The notes beneath the pieces are model-generated. The model was not told the DNA's origin and did no database searches. It saw nothing but the letters and a program-made list of their open reading frames with translations. Both the position numbers and the translations under genes were made by a program. Positions 56,092 through 64,000 of a stretch of 64,000 nt of DNA are shown here, piece after piece. Within the stretch, counting starts at the first letter, position 1, and each line of letters begins with the position of its first letter. The stretch is taken from positions 1 to 64,000 of the IMG/VR virus record IMGVR_UViG_3300005289_000052. One strand, given 5' to 3'.

Positions 56092-56530
56092 AGTGAACGA
56101 CCCGTATGTCAGTAGCGCGACAGAACGCAGCCTGAGCATCACGAACAGCGTCTGCACCGCCATTGAAGCGTAGGATGCAGGTGTCTTTGATCATGTAGCC
56201 ATCGATTGCATCGGTGTTGATGGTTGCACGCACCGCACGTGCTGTTTCAGCCACGATCGGGTTGCCAGGGGTACCAACCCCGTACAGGACCATGTACAGA
56301 TCGTTGGTGTGGAATTGGTGGTCACGCATCGTAACGACGTAACCGTATTGGGTCTCGGCTTGCTTCTCACCAGTAGAGACCTTCTGGATTTCGAAGTTAC
56401 CGTGAACGACATCGCCTTTGAGCTGACGGCCATCGAGTACATCAATGAGGGTCACCAGTTCATCGAGATCTTTCCCATGATCCCAGTTTTCCCACGGGGT
56501 ATTCTTGAACATCAGGATAGTCAAAGACAT
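56090..56530 (-). CDS. Hypothetical protein
   Basis: Start MSLTI with GAAGG RBS. Confidence 0.65.
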   Translation of the reverse strand: MSLTILMFKNTPWENWDHGKDLDELVTLIDVLDGRQLKGDVVHGNFEIQKVSTGEKQAETQYGYVVTMRDHQFHTNDLYMVLYGVGTPGNPIVAETARAVRATINTDAIDGYMIKDTCILRFNGGADAVRDAQAAFCRATDIRVVH

Positions 56531-56557
56531 ATCGAACCTTCTTAGGCTTTTAGTTGA

Positions 56558-56592
56558 GGGCATAGTGGGAGCCCGAAGGCCCCCACTGTTGC
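56558..56592 (-). terminator. Hairpin after the 754-aa gene
   Basis: GCATAGTGGG..GCC-CGAA-GGC..CCCACTGTTGC. Confidence 0.6.
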
Positions 56593-56593
56593 T

Positions 56594-58858
56594 TTACAGC
56601 TTGGCGGTACGAACCAATACAGCTTTCATGCCCAAGTAGCCAGGCAGAACTTCCACCACGCGATCGTAAGCGTCTACGATGTAGTGACGGCTGAACTTCA
56701 CCGACTGCTTGCCAGTACGCTCCAGGATCGCTGCACACGCAGCATGCAGATCTGGTTGCACGGAGGCTTTGACGATCTGAGCTTGCTCGCCGTAGATCTC
56801 TACAGCCCACGGCACGTGAGTCACAGAGAACTTCTCGTAGCGCGCCAGGATCGAGTTCACCTTGGCTTTGTTCTCGCGGGTCATCTGGTCACCCAATTTC
56901 TTGAGGTAGTCCCAGTACTCGTCACCTTTGAGAATGTTGCTGACAGCCTTGATGATATCCTCAGCACGCTCTTGGTTCAGCAGGGTCCACATCAGACCCA
57001 TTTGATCTTCGAGCAATGCTTCACCCAGGGATTCGATGTCTGCCACGAAGTTTTCAATTTCGAGAGCATTACCGTAACCCAGGTTAACAGCCAGTGCTTC
57101 ATTCACACGGGCAGTCAGGGCATCGTTCAGGATGTTGTACAGGCGAGCGGTAATCTGCTCACGTTCCATATGGTCAGCCAAGAACTTCGCTGCGCCCACA
57201 AGGGTTTGCTTCTTGGCCAACTCCAGCATCACGCCAATCATGGCACCATCAACCGACACTGGCTGCATTTCACGGAAGTAGTACTCACGTACCTTACCGT
57301 CAAAGTTGTCAGCACCGAGCTTGATGATTTCGTTCAGGCATTTGATCTCGGCTTCCCGGAAGGAATGTGCCTCGATTTCCGTCGGAATGATCTTCACCTC
57401 AGGATTCTCCACAGGTGTTTCGCTGTGGTCCTCAGGATCGATGACCACCTGCGGTTTCGCCAGATCAGCCACATCGCGCCAGTTGGTAGGCAGCACCGCT
57501 TTGGTTTCATCCAGTTGGTACGGCTTACGTTGACGGATCTCGTGTTGCAGGTATTCCATCTTTTCCATTTCTGCCTCGGAGATTTCCTTCACGACTTCAC
57601 GAACGATGAAGGTACCGTCGGCATTGTTAACGCGAACGTGGAACTTCATGTGGGTGGTAGGGTCGAACGATTCCGGCCACGGGTTGTCCACAGACCAGGT
57701 GACATCCCAACCGCTCGAGTGAGCAGGACGGATCTCGTTCCCGTTTTGCAGACGCACGTAGTCGTAAGGACGTTCCTCGTTGACCGAGTTCATATCCACT
57801 GGACTTTGCAGTCCAGCGTTTCCGACGGTTTCCACTACCGGAGCCTCATTAAGTGGTTCTGGGGTGAGCGCCGCTTGAGCCCGTTGTTGTTCTACTTGTG
57901 CAGCGAATGCTGCTTGCTGTTTGTTGACGGGTGCTTGTTGCACGTTAGTGCCTGCCATGTCGTTGAACATTTCCTCGACAATGCTTGCGGGTTGTTCCGT
58001 AGGCTGCACCGGCCCTTGAGAACTACGCCCACGGGAAGCCACGAAAGCATTCGAGGTAGGAGCCGGGGTTTCCTGTTGCGCCTGTACCGGAGCAGGAGCT
58101 GCCCCGTGAGGGCGCAGGGCCGATCGTCCTTTGTACCCCGAGTTGGGGTTTTCGTCCATCGCATTGGCTTGCGCGATACTGCTTTGGGTGCCAGCGAAAC
58201 GACCCCAATTGATATTGGGATTCCCAGCCGGTTGGTTGTTGTTGCCACCGTTGTACGGCCAACCAGTCCCATGGCGCGCCGCTTGGAACGACGAACCTTG
58301 TTGCTGCTGGTTTCCAGGCCAGCTATTGTTCTGTTGCTGGTTGTTGGGCCAACCGCTGTTATTGAACGACGATTGGGGTTGCTGTTGGAGTTGCTGTACT
58401 GCTTGAGCCAACGCTTGTTGACGCTGGAGCAGACGCTGGATCTCGGCTTCAATGCCGACCCCCATCATCTGTTTCAGAATCGGGTTGTTCTGCGCGATAG
58501 TCGCCGTGAAGCAAGTGGTGACCTCGTTTGCAGCATTCGCCACGATTTGTTCCTGCGTTTGACCTTGACTTGCAGGCAACTTTGACATTGCCTCAGCCAA
58601 ACGCGTGGTGGTATCCAGCATCGTGTAGTACGTGTCGTTCTGCCAGGCGTTGTCCGACGCCATGTTGAACATGAAGCAACGCAGACAGTTCTTCTGCGCG
58701 TTATCTTGCAGCATCTTGATCACGTAACCGTTTACAATGGCAGGCCATTGGTTCTGGAAGGGGATCTGGTAAGGAGCCCCTTGCACATAGAACGTCGCGT
58801 TGGGTTCATTCGCAGAGTACGGCAGACCCTGGTTGTTTGGTTGGTTAAAGAACGACAT
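56594..58858 (-). CDS. Conserved phiKZ-like hypothetical protein with a central Q/N/P-rich disordered region
   Basis: 754 aa; GGAG RBS; follows the RNAP beta gene. Confidence 0.75.
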   Translation of the reverse strand: MSFFNQPNNQGLPYSANEPNATFYVQGAPYQIPFQNQWPAIVNGYVIKMLQDNAQKNCLRCFMFNMASDNAWQNDTYYTMLDTTTRLAEAMSKLPASQGQTQEQIVANAANEVTTCFTATIAQNNPILKQMMGVGIEAEIQRLLQRQQALAQAVQQLQQQPQSSFNNSGWPNNQQQNNSWPGNQQQQGSSFQAARHGTGWPYNGGNNNQPAGNPNINWGRFAGTQSSIAQANAMDENPNSGYKGRSALRPHGAAPAPVQAQQETPAPTSNAFVASRGRSSQGPVQPTEQPASIVEEMFNDMAGTNVQQAPVNKQQAAFAAQVEQQRAQAALTPEPLNEAPVVETVGNAGLQSPVDMNSVNEERPYDYVRLQNGNEIRPAHSSGWDVTWSVDNPWPESFDPTTHMKFHVRVNNADGTFIVREVVKEISEAEMEKMEYLQHEIRQRKPYQLDETKAVLPTNWRDVADLAKPQVVIDPEDHSETPVENPEVKIIPTEIEAHSFREAEIKCLNEIIKLGADNFDGKVREYYFREMQPVSVDGAMIGVMLELAKKQTLVGAAKFLADHMEREQITARLYNILNDALTARVNEALAVNLGYGNALEIENFVADIESLGEALLEDQMGLMWTLLNQERAEDIIKAVSNILKGDEYWDYLKKLGDQMTRENKAKVNSILARYEKFSVTHVPWAVEIYGEQAQIVKASVQPDLHAACAAILERTGKQSVKFSRHYIVDAYDRVVEVLPGYLGMKAVLVRTAKL

Positions 58859-58874
58859 CTTGGAGTAACTCCAC

Positions 58875-60536
58875 CTAAGCGTATTTCGTAAATTGGATTC
58901 GTCGTTGTACGTTGTCGATCAAAGCACGGAACTTCTCGTTCCTCACGACACGATAGGAATCATCGTATTGAACGTAAGGCGAAATGCGGGTACGCCCACT
59001 CGGGCTCGCCTTAGGCAGGTTGTTATAACTGCCTACTTCAACAATCGACGAGTGCAACAATTTGGACGCATCTCCAGCAGAAGACTTCCCGCTGTTGCGA
59101 CCGTTACCAGTAGCGCTGGTCTGTGGGACCAGGTTCGACGTGATCTTGAAGTACAGGTTATCTCCAGGACTGGAAACGCCTGCGACCTCGCCATGCTGCC
59201 GGTTGATTTTCATGATCGCATCTACAGTCAGATTCCGCCGTAGTGCATTGTTGATTTCCTCTTTAACTTTTGGTTTCCGTACCGCCTTTTGCAAAGCGAA
59301 TTTGAAGTGAGAAATCGCCTTGTTGATATCGAACAAAGCGTAACGCAATACCATCAACTCCTTGTCGTACATCGTGGACTCGACGTTGTCCGACTGGATG
59401 ACCATCTCTGAAAGCGCTCCAATGATGAACGCGAACAGTTGGTAAATGTCATTTGCGTGGATATTCTCACTGAGAAGGTCAAGCCGCGATCGTTCGTCCA
59501 GGGATTCGTCCAAAGACTCGATGTGGTTGTCAATCTCGTCTGCCAGCTTACCTTCGCTTTGACCTGGGCCAAAGATCAGGTGGCCGAGCAGGATGCGCCA
59601 GAATCGGGTGCTCTCAATGAACTCGGGTTCCACACGTTGCGGGAAATGATCCGTCACGTAGAAGAACCCTGCCACCAAACCGATGTTCTGCGTAGTCCAA
59701 GCCGTACGGCGAATTGCTAAGCGGATATTCGTTGGAATGTACCCGCTACGTCTAACGCCCCGAAGAGAGCGTGGGCAGATCTGCTTAGAGCCACAGATCA
59801 ACCATTCTTCCTTCGGGTAGATGTCGTAGTTGATTTCGTCGGGATAACCAACGAATACATCAGTGTTCGACATCATCTTAAACGCCTGGCTTACCCCATA
59901 CTTGCTGAAGAGGTAGTGCGCCATCGTGTGTTTCGCTGTGATGCGATTTCTGTTTCCAGTTCCCTGCGCAGGGTTTCGATTATAGACCGTGGCCCATGCC
60001 ACGTTCGCCGTCTCGTTCCAACTGGTCTCCAGGTTTCCCTCGTCGAGATCATAAATACGGAACGTGTGATCCAATCGCTCGAAGGTAAGTTTCGTTACCT
60101 GGAGTGGAATAAAGATCGTGTTTACCCCGTAGCTGATTGCACGGTCGGCCAGCACTGGGCTGATCGAGAACGTACTGCCACGGATCGTGATCAAACCTGC
60201 CTGGGTCATGTAAGGCAAGTACATATGCGGTTCGTACATAGGTTCCCCATTGTACGTGAACCGATACTTCATCAAGAACAGATTGTTCCGCGCGATGTCG
60301 AACACCGGCTTCCCGCTCCGCTTTGGCGTGACCACGTTGTACTCTTCCTGAGGTGTACAGCGTGTGCATCCTTCGTACCGCAACCCTGGTGGGAAGCTCT
60401 TTGAGATACTTCTGAACAACCCATCCACGTGACGCTCAACAACCCGCATTTGCTCTACGGCGAGGCCTCTCATGACCTTTTCATTCATACGGGGAATGGC
60501 ATTATGGTGAATCATGCCAAAGAGGTGGTTATCCAT
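58875..60536 (-). CDS. rpoB: Non-virion RNA polymerase beta subunit, N-terminal half (phiKZ gp123-like)
   Basis: YLPY....G.ITIRGS.F.ISPVL; HSS..EVGSY.NLPK..PSG..RISPY parallels beta H.SHYGR.CP.ETPE..G; synteny after capsid. Confidence 0.82.
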   Translation of the reverse strand: MDNHLFGMIHHNAIPRMNEKVMRGLAVEQMRVVERHVDGLFRSISKSFPPGLRYEGCTRCTPQEEYNVVTPKRSGKPVFDIARNNLFLMKYRFTYNGEPMYEPHMYLPYMTQAGLITIRGSTFSISPVLADRAISYGVNTIFIPLQVTKLTFERLDHTFRIYDLDEGNLETSWNETANVAWATVYNRNPAQGTGNRNRITAKHTMAHYLFSKYGVSQAFKMMSNTDVFVGYPDEINYDIYPKEEWLICGSKQICPRSLRGVRRSGYIPTNIRLAIRRTAWTTQNIGLVAGFFYVTDHFPQRVEPEFIESTRFWRILLGHLIFGPGQSEGKLADEIDNHIESLDESLDERSRLDLLSENIHANDIYQLFAFIIGALSEMVIQSDNVESTMYDKELMVLRYALFDINKAISHFKFALQKAVRKPKVKEEINNALRRNLTVDAIMKINRQHGEVAGVSSPGDNLYFKITSNLVPQTSATGNGRNSGKSSAGDASKLLHSSIVEVGSYNNLPKASPSGRTRISPYVQYDDSYRVVRNEKFRALIDNVQRRIQFTKYA

Positions 60537-60565
60537 TGGTTGTTACGCCCTGTCTATCAGACTAC

Positions 60566-61738
60566 CTACTTGAATGCTAGAAAGAGAGCCGCAAGTCCAG
60601 TTGCAATGGCGGGAACCCACTTGAGTAACTCCGAAGAATCTTTTCTCGCATAACTGCGCTCTTCGTAGTGATCTTTACGCTCGAGCGATGCCACTGCTCG
60701 AAGGTGTTCTACTCTTGTTTGTTCTTCTTTAAGTCTGGCACTAGCCTCGTTGATACGAGCTTCCTCCAAACGCCACCGGTGTTCCTGAGTCTTACGGTCG
60801 CTTTCCTCCGCGACGCGCCGTTCCTCGATGTTGCGTTTCCACTCTTCGTGTTCCTGATCTCTGGTGATCCGCTCCAACTTAAGACGATGTTCTGTCTCTT
60901 TCAAGTCGTGAGCGAACTGATCAAGTTCACGTTTCCTCTCAGCGGCGATGTCTCCCAATACCATCGCTTCCTCGTAGGACTTAAACATTCCCAAGAATTC
61001 CTCAGCTTCTGGGAAGGCGAAGTAATCAGACCTAGGTGCTCCAACACCCCCATGTTCGGATACAGGCGCGGTAGACGCCCGATAGACACCGGACTTACGT
61101 CCAGGATCTTTCGTGGGTTGGACTAGGAAGATTTCTTTGTTGATGTTAATGAAACGAGGTCCGAAGATGTCTTCATTGTCAACAATCTGTAGGAAGTACC
61201 CCACTGCTCCCACAGTGTTGATCGTTTCGTTGTTTGCTACTAGGCGGTTGCGAATACCTTCATCGCTGAAGGGATGGTGCGGGACATAACCCCCTTGCAT
61301 CGTGGAAACCACGACGTCAAGGTTAACAAGGTATAATGATCCTCCAGATGCGGCTACATCAGCCTCATCTACACCGTAGTCCACTTGGGCATGACACTGC
61401 CCCATTCGCTGTCGCACACTTCCCTGCAAGACTGCGTCCCTTAAAGCACGCATTCCATCAGAGGTAGCATTTGATAGGCGGTCTACGTCAATATTTACAC
61501 CGGACCGATACTTGATCGTGTATCGGACGATGAACTTGTTAAGAGCCTTCACATTCATTGGCTGAATGATCAGGGGCATTCCAGAACGGTCAACTAACGT
61601 AACGGGGGTACGAAACCCGTTATAAAACTCCTTCTCTATGGAAAGTTGCGCTCCCGGACCTAATTCAAGCACGCCAGGTACTTCGGTCAGGTGAGCTTCT
61701 CTGTTTATCAGTTGGTTGTTGTGGATATATTGGCTCAT
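60566..61738 (-). CDS. Hypothetical protein (phiKZ gp122-like) with coiled coil and C-terminal TM anchor
   Basis: Start moved to MSQYI, downstream of an early-promoter motif; E/R-rich coil; ends WVPAIATGLAALFLAFK. Confidence 0.7.
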   Translation of the reverse strand: MSQYIHNNQLINREAHLTEVPGVLELGPGAQLSIEKEFYNGFRTPVTLVDRSGMPLIIQPMNVKALNKFIVRYTIKYRSGVNIDVDRLSNATSDGMRALRDAVLQGSVRQRMGQCHAQVDYGVDEADVAASGGSLYLVNLDVVVSTMQGGYVPHHPFSDEGIRNRLVANNETINTVGAVGYFLQIVDNEDIFGPRFININKEIFLVQPTKDPGRKSGVYRASTAPVSEHGGVGAPRSDYFAFPEAEEFLGMFKSYEEAMVLGDIAAERKRELDQFAHDLKETEHRLKLERITRDQEHEEWKRNIEERRVAEESDRKTQEHRWRLEEARINEASARLKEEQTRVEHLRAVASLERKDHYEERSYARKDSSELLKWVPAIATGLAALFLAFK

Positions 61739-61801
61739 AGTTTCACACTGAGAAAGGGATAGCATTTGTAGATTTGTGTGAATGGCATTCCTCTGTGATT
61801 G

Positions 61802-61834
61802 TACACTTTGATAATATACACTTGAAATGACTTT
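61802..61834 (-). promoter_or_regulatory. Early promoter-like motif, copy 3
   Basis: Minus strand AAAGTCATTTCAAGTGTATATTATCAAAGTGTA; ~24/33 match to copy 1; lies upstream of the nvRNAP beta operon. Confidence 0.6.
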
Positions 61835-61839
61835 GAATA

Positions 61840-61948
61840 GACGGCATAAAAAGAAGGAAGTCCTCCTGAGCCCGAAAGCCCAGGAGGTTTCCTTTTGAGT
61901 CCCCACTTAAAGGACACTCCTCAGGAGCCGAAGCCCCTAAGGAGGTGT
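61840..61948 (-). terminator. Tandem terminators after the major capsid gene, ending TTTTTATGCCGTC
   Basis: Two CGAA(A)-looped hairpins (about 61853-61896 and 61914-61948). Confidence 0.75.
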
Positions 61949-62006
61949 TACCAACCGAAGACCATCAAGTCTCGTGGTTGTGACAAGCTCGGCCAACGTT
62001 TTTCGC

Positions 62007-64000
62007 TTATTGCTCTTGAGTGGCAACAACGATTTTGTTGGTAAGAACTTTATCCAACCCCTTCACTTTGATGATGGCCATGGCAGGGAGGTGGTTGATG
62101 TGCAGGTTACGCGGTTGCACCATGGCTTCCGGGTAAGTACCGCCATCACGTTGAACCATCATGCTGGAAGCCAGCTCAGGAATCCACGCGTGCACACCGA
62201 AGGTGAGCGGGTCGATGCCTTCGGATTGGCCCATGCGGGTCAGACCGATGATGATGGTGTCCTTCATACGGAAGTCGAAGGAGGACTCGATTTGGTATTC
62301 TGGGAAAGCAATACCGAAGGTGCGGCTGTCGCCGACGACCATCAGGTGACGCTGGAGAACCACGTCGGTACCGATCAGCAGCTTCGGCTGTTGCGAGCCA
62401 GTTACGGCAGCGTTCAGCGCAGGCTGGTAGCCGGTGTCGCGGTACATGCGGTAGGACACGTCACGGATGGCGTTAACCAGGATGGCGTTGATGTCTTGCG
62501 CACGGTCCATGTCACGGATGGAGTTGATCTCTTGCTCCAGATCAATTTCCTTCTCTTCGAAGAAAGGCTTGATCAGGAAGCGACCAACACCTTCCACTTC
62601 TGGGATGGTGTCTTGACGCTTGACGGCCTTGGCGTAGGCCTTCAGGGTTTCTGCGTAGTTCAACAGGCGGGTAACCGCGTTGTTGGTGTTACGCACGCGC
62701 ACGGCGTTGATCAGCATTTCCAGGTCGCGAGCGTCGCGGTTCGAACCGGCCGGGGAAGGCGCGGAGATCGGAGCACCCAGCGGGATGTGGAAACGGAAGG
62801 TGCGGTCGTTGGTGTCCAGCAGCAGACCACGAGTACGACGGTTGCTGTTGGTACGAGCAGCTTTCAGATCGTAAGCAACAACGGCAGCGCCTTTCAGCGA
62901 AGCAACGATTGGAGCACCAGCGCCGGAGACCAGGCTGATTTCTTTACCGTCGGCACCGACGATGGAGTCAACAGTCACAGGGGAGCTGTACACACGGCCG
63001 TTACCGAGCTGAGTGTCGAAGTCGCCGTTCAGGTTGACAGCCAGGCGCACGGTCACGTTGGCAGCGGTGATGGCAGCCAGCAGAGTAGGTGCAACGCCAG
63101 CGGTGGTGAGGGTGTCTTTGTCCAGGACCAGGTCAGCGGTCTTGAAGTTCAGGTTCATCTCACGGTTGGCGCCTTCAACCGACTTCACGAAGTGGCTACG
63201 AGCCAGACGTGCAGTCACATACTTCACAGCTTCGCCGTCGGCGAGCTGGATGTAGATGTTTTCCAGACCGATCGAGTTGTCGATCGCGTCGGTGTGGTCG
63301 ATGATGCCAGCGCCGATCAGGCCAGGGTGTTGGGACAGACCCAGCAGGTTCAGCTCAACGTTGATTGCCAGCGGGGCAGTCGGTACGTCGATGTTGCTGA
63401 TGCGGCGAACAACTGGGGCTACCAGTGCTTCGTCGATGAACTTGTCTGCGTTGCCGCCGTTGGCGAGAACGACAGGAACCAGGCTGGTGGATTCGTCGGC
63501 CAGGATTTTGTGGTCCATGGCAGCTTCGACCAGGTTCTTACGGTTCCAGTCAGTCACCTTACCGGTGTTGCTGTGCTGGATGGCGTTGTGAACCAGGGTA
63601 CGACGAACGGTGATGTCCAGGCCGCCTTGCTCTGGCGGTACGACGGTGGTCGGGTACCACATCTCGGAGAAGCTGTCCTGTACGGCAGCTTTCACGTTGA
63701 AGACGATGGAGTAAGGCAGGAACTTGGCCAGCTCACGTTCGTCGAACGATTCCAGGGATGGGGTGTCACGGGTGTCAACGACACCAGCAGCGCCGCTCGA
63801 ACCGATGTCGACGACGTTGTCACCGGAAGCCTGGGAGCGCATGGCGACTTCGGCGTATTCGGCCGGGTTACCAGCAGCCATGGCAGCGATCGCACCGGCT
63901 TGCAGTTGGGTATCGGTCAGATCTTCTTCGCCGTCTTCACCAGCTTCACCATCTTCCAGGGAAGGGCGCAGCGATGCGAAAGCGTCTTTGATCTCACGGC
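62007..64000 (-). CDS. Major capsid protein (phiKZ gp120-like), N-terminus beyond the window
   Basis: Frame stays open from 63881 to the edge (REIKDAFASLRPSLED); PSLESFDE maturation site; QD.F.E..YPT; strongly biased codons. Confidence 0.88.
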   Translation of the reverse strand, partial: REIKDAFASLRPSLEDGEAGEDGEEDLTDTQLQAGAIAAMAAGNPAEYAEVAMRSQASGDNVVDIGSSGAAGVVDTRDTPSLESFDERELAKFLPYSIVFNVKAAVQDSFSEMWYPTTVVPPEQGGLDITVRRTLVHNAIQHSNTGKVTDWNRKNLVEAAMDHKILADESTSLVPVVLANGGNADKFIDEALVAPVVRRISNIDVPTAPLAINVELNLLGLSQHPGLIGAGIIDHTDAIDNSIGLENIYIQLADGEAVKYVTARLARSHFVKSVEGANREMNLNFKTADLVLDKDTLTTAGVAPTLLAAITAANVTVRLAVNLNGDFDTQLGNGRVYSSPVTVDSIVGADGKEISLVSGAGAPIVASLKGAAVVAYDLKAARTNSNRRTRGLLLDTNDRTFRFHIPLGAPISAPSPAGSNRDARDLEMLINAVRVRNTNNAVTRLLNYAETLKAYAKAVKRQDTIPEVEGVGRFLIKPFFEEKEIDLEQEINSIRDMDRAQDINAILVNAIRDVSYRMYRDTGYQPALNAAVTGSQQPKLLIGTDVVLQRHLMVVGDSRTFGIAFPEYQIESSFDFRMKDTIIIGLTRMGQSEGIDPLTFGVHAWIPELASSMMVQRDGGTYPEAMVQPRNLHINHLPAMAIIKVKGLDKVLTNKIVVATQEQ

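Noticed and set aside
56684-58585. 633-aa + strand ORF
   Set aside because: Antisense shadow of the 754-aa gene
1-64000. tRNA, rRNA, group I introns, inteins, homing endonucleases, transposases
   Set aside because: No cloverleaf, LAGLIDADG/HNH/GIY-YIG, intein-terminal or DDE signature seen by eye; RNAP, UvsX and SbcC genes look uninterrupted

Overview
64 kb of a phiKZ-related (Chimalliviridae-like) jumbo myophage genome. No tRNA, rRNA, CRISPR array, intron or transposase could be supported. The core genes follow the phiKZ gp120-gp182 neighbourhood (phiKZ gp numbers are recalled orthology, not search results): major capsid protein (runs off the right edge), split RNA polymerase beta subunits of the non-virion (gp123-like) and virion (gp149-like) enzymes, portal, baseplate proteins, RuvC, spanins, a holin candidate, endolysin, inner-head proteins, three tail-fibre-like genes, central spike plus PAAR tip, SbcC, RNase HI, UvsX, and tail-tip/lytic tail genes at the left edge. 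The main finding is a 16-gene, ~11.5 kb, mostly translationally coupled operon (31839-43386) between the tail-fibre genes and the endolysin. It encodes six radical-SAM proteins (four canonical SPASM/twitch-like, two non-canonical paralogs), one JmjC and three other Fe(II)/2OG oxygenases, five unknown proteins, and a 184-aa structural-looking protein ending in CHSSCHDNCHCNRGRR. This looks like a phage-encoded RiPP-like system that post-translationally modifies a virion protein. Other observations: a TTATGCCGTC motif fused to most terminators, three co-oriented early-promoter-like motifs, a NADAR-family protein, an orphan ORF carrying a 24-aa copy of a tail-tip motif, and several repeat-rich structural proteins. 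All counts and alignments were done by eye.
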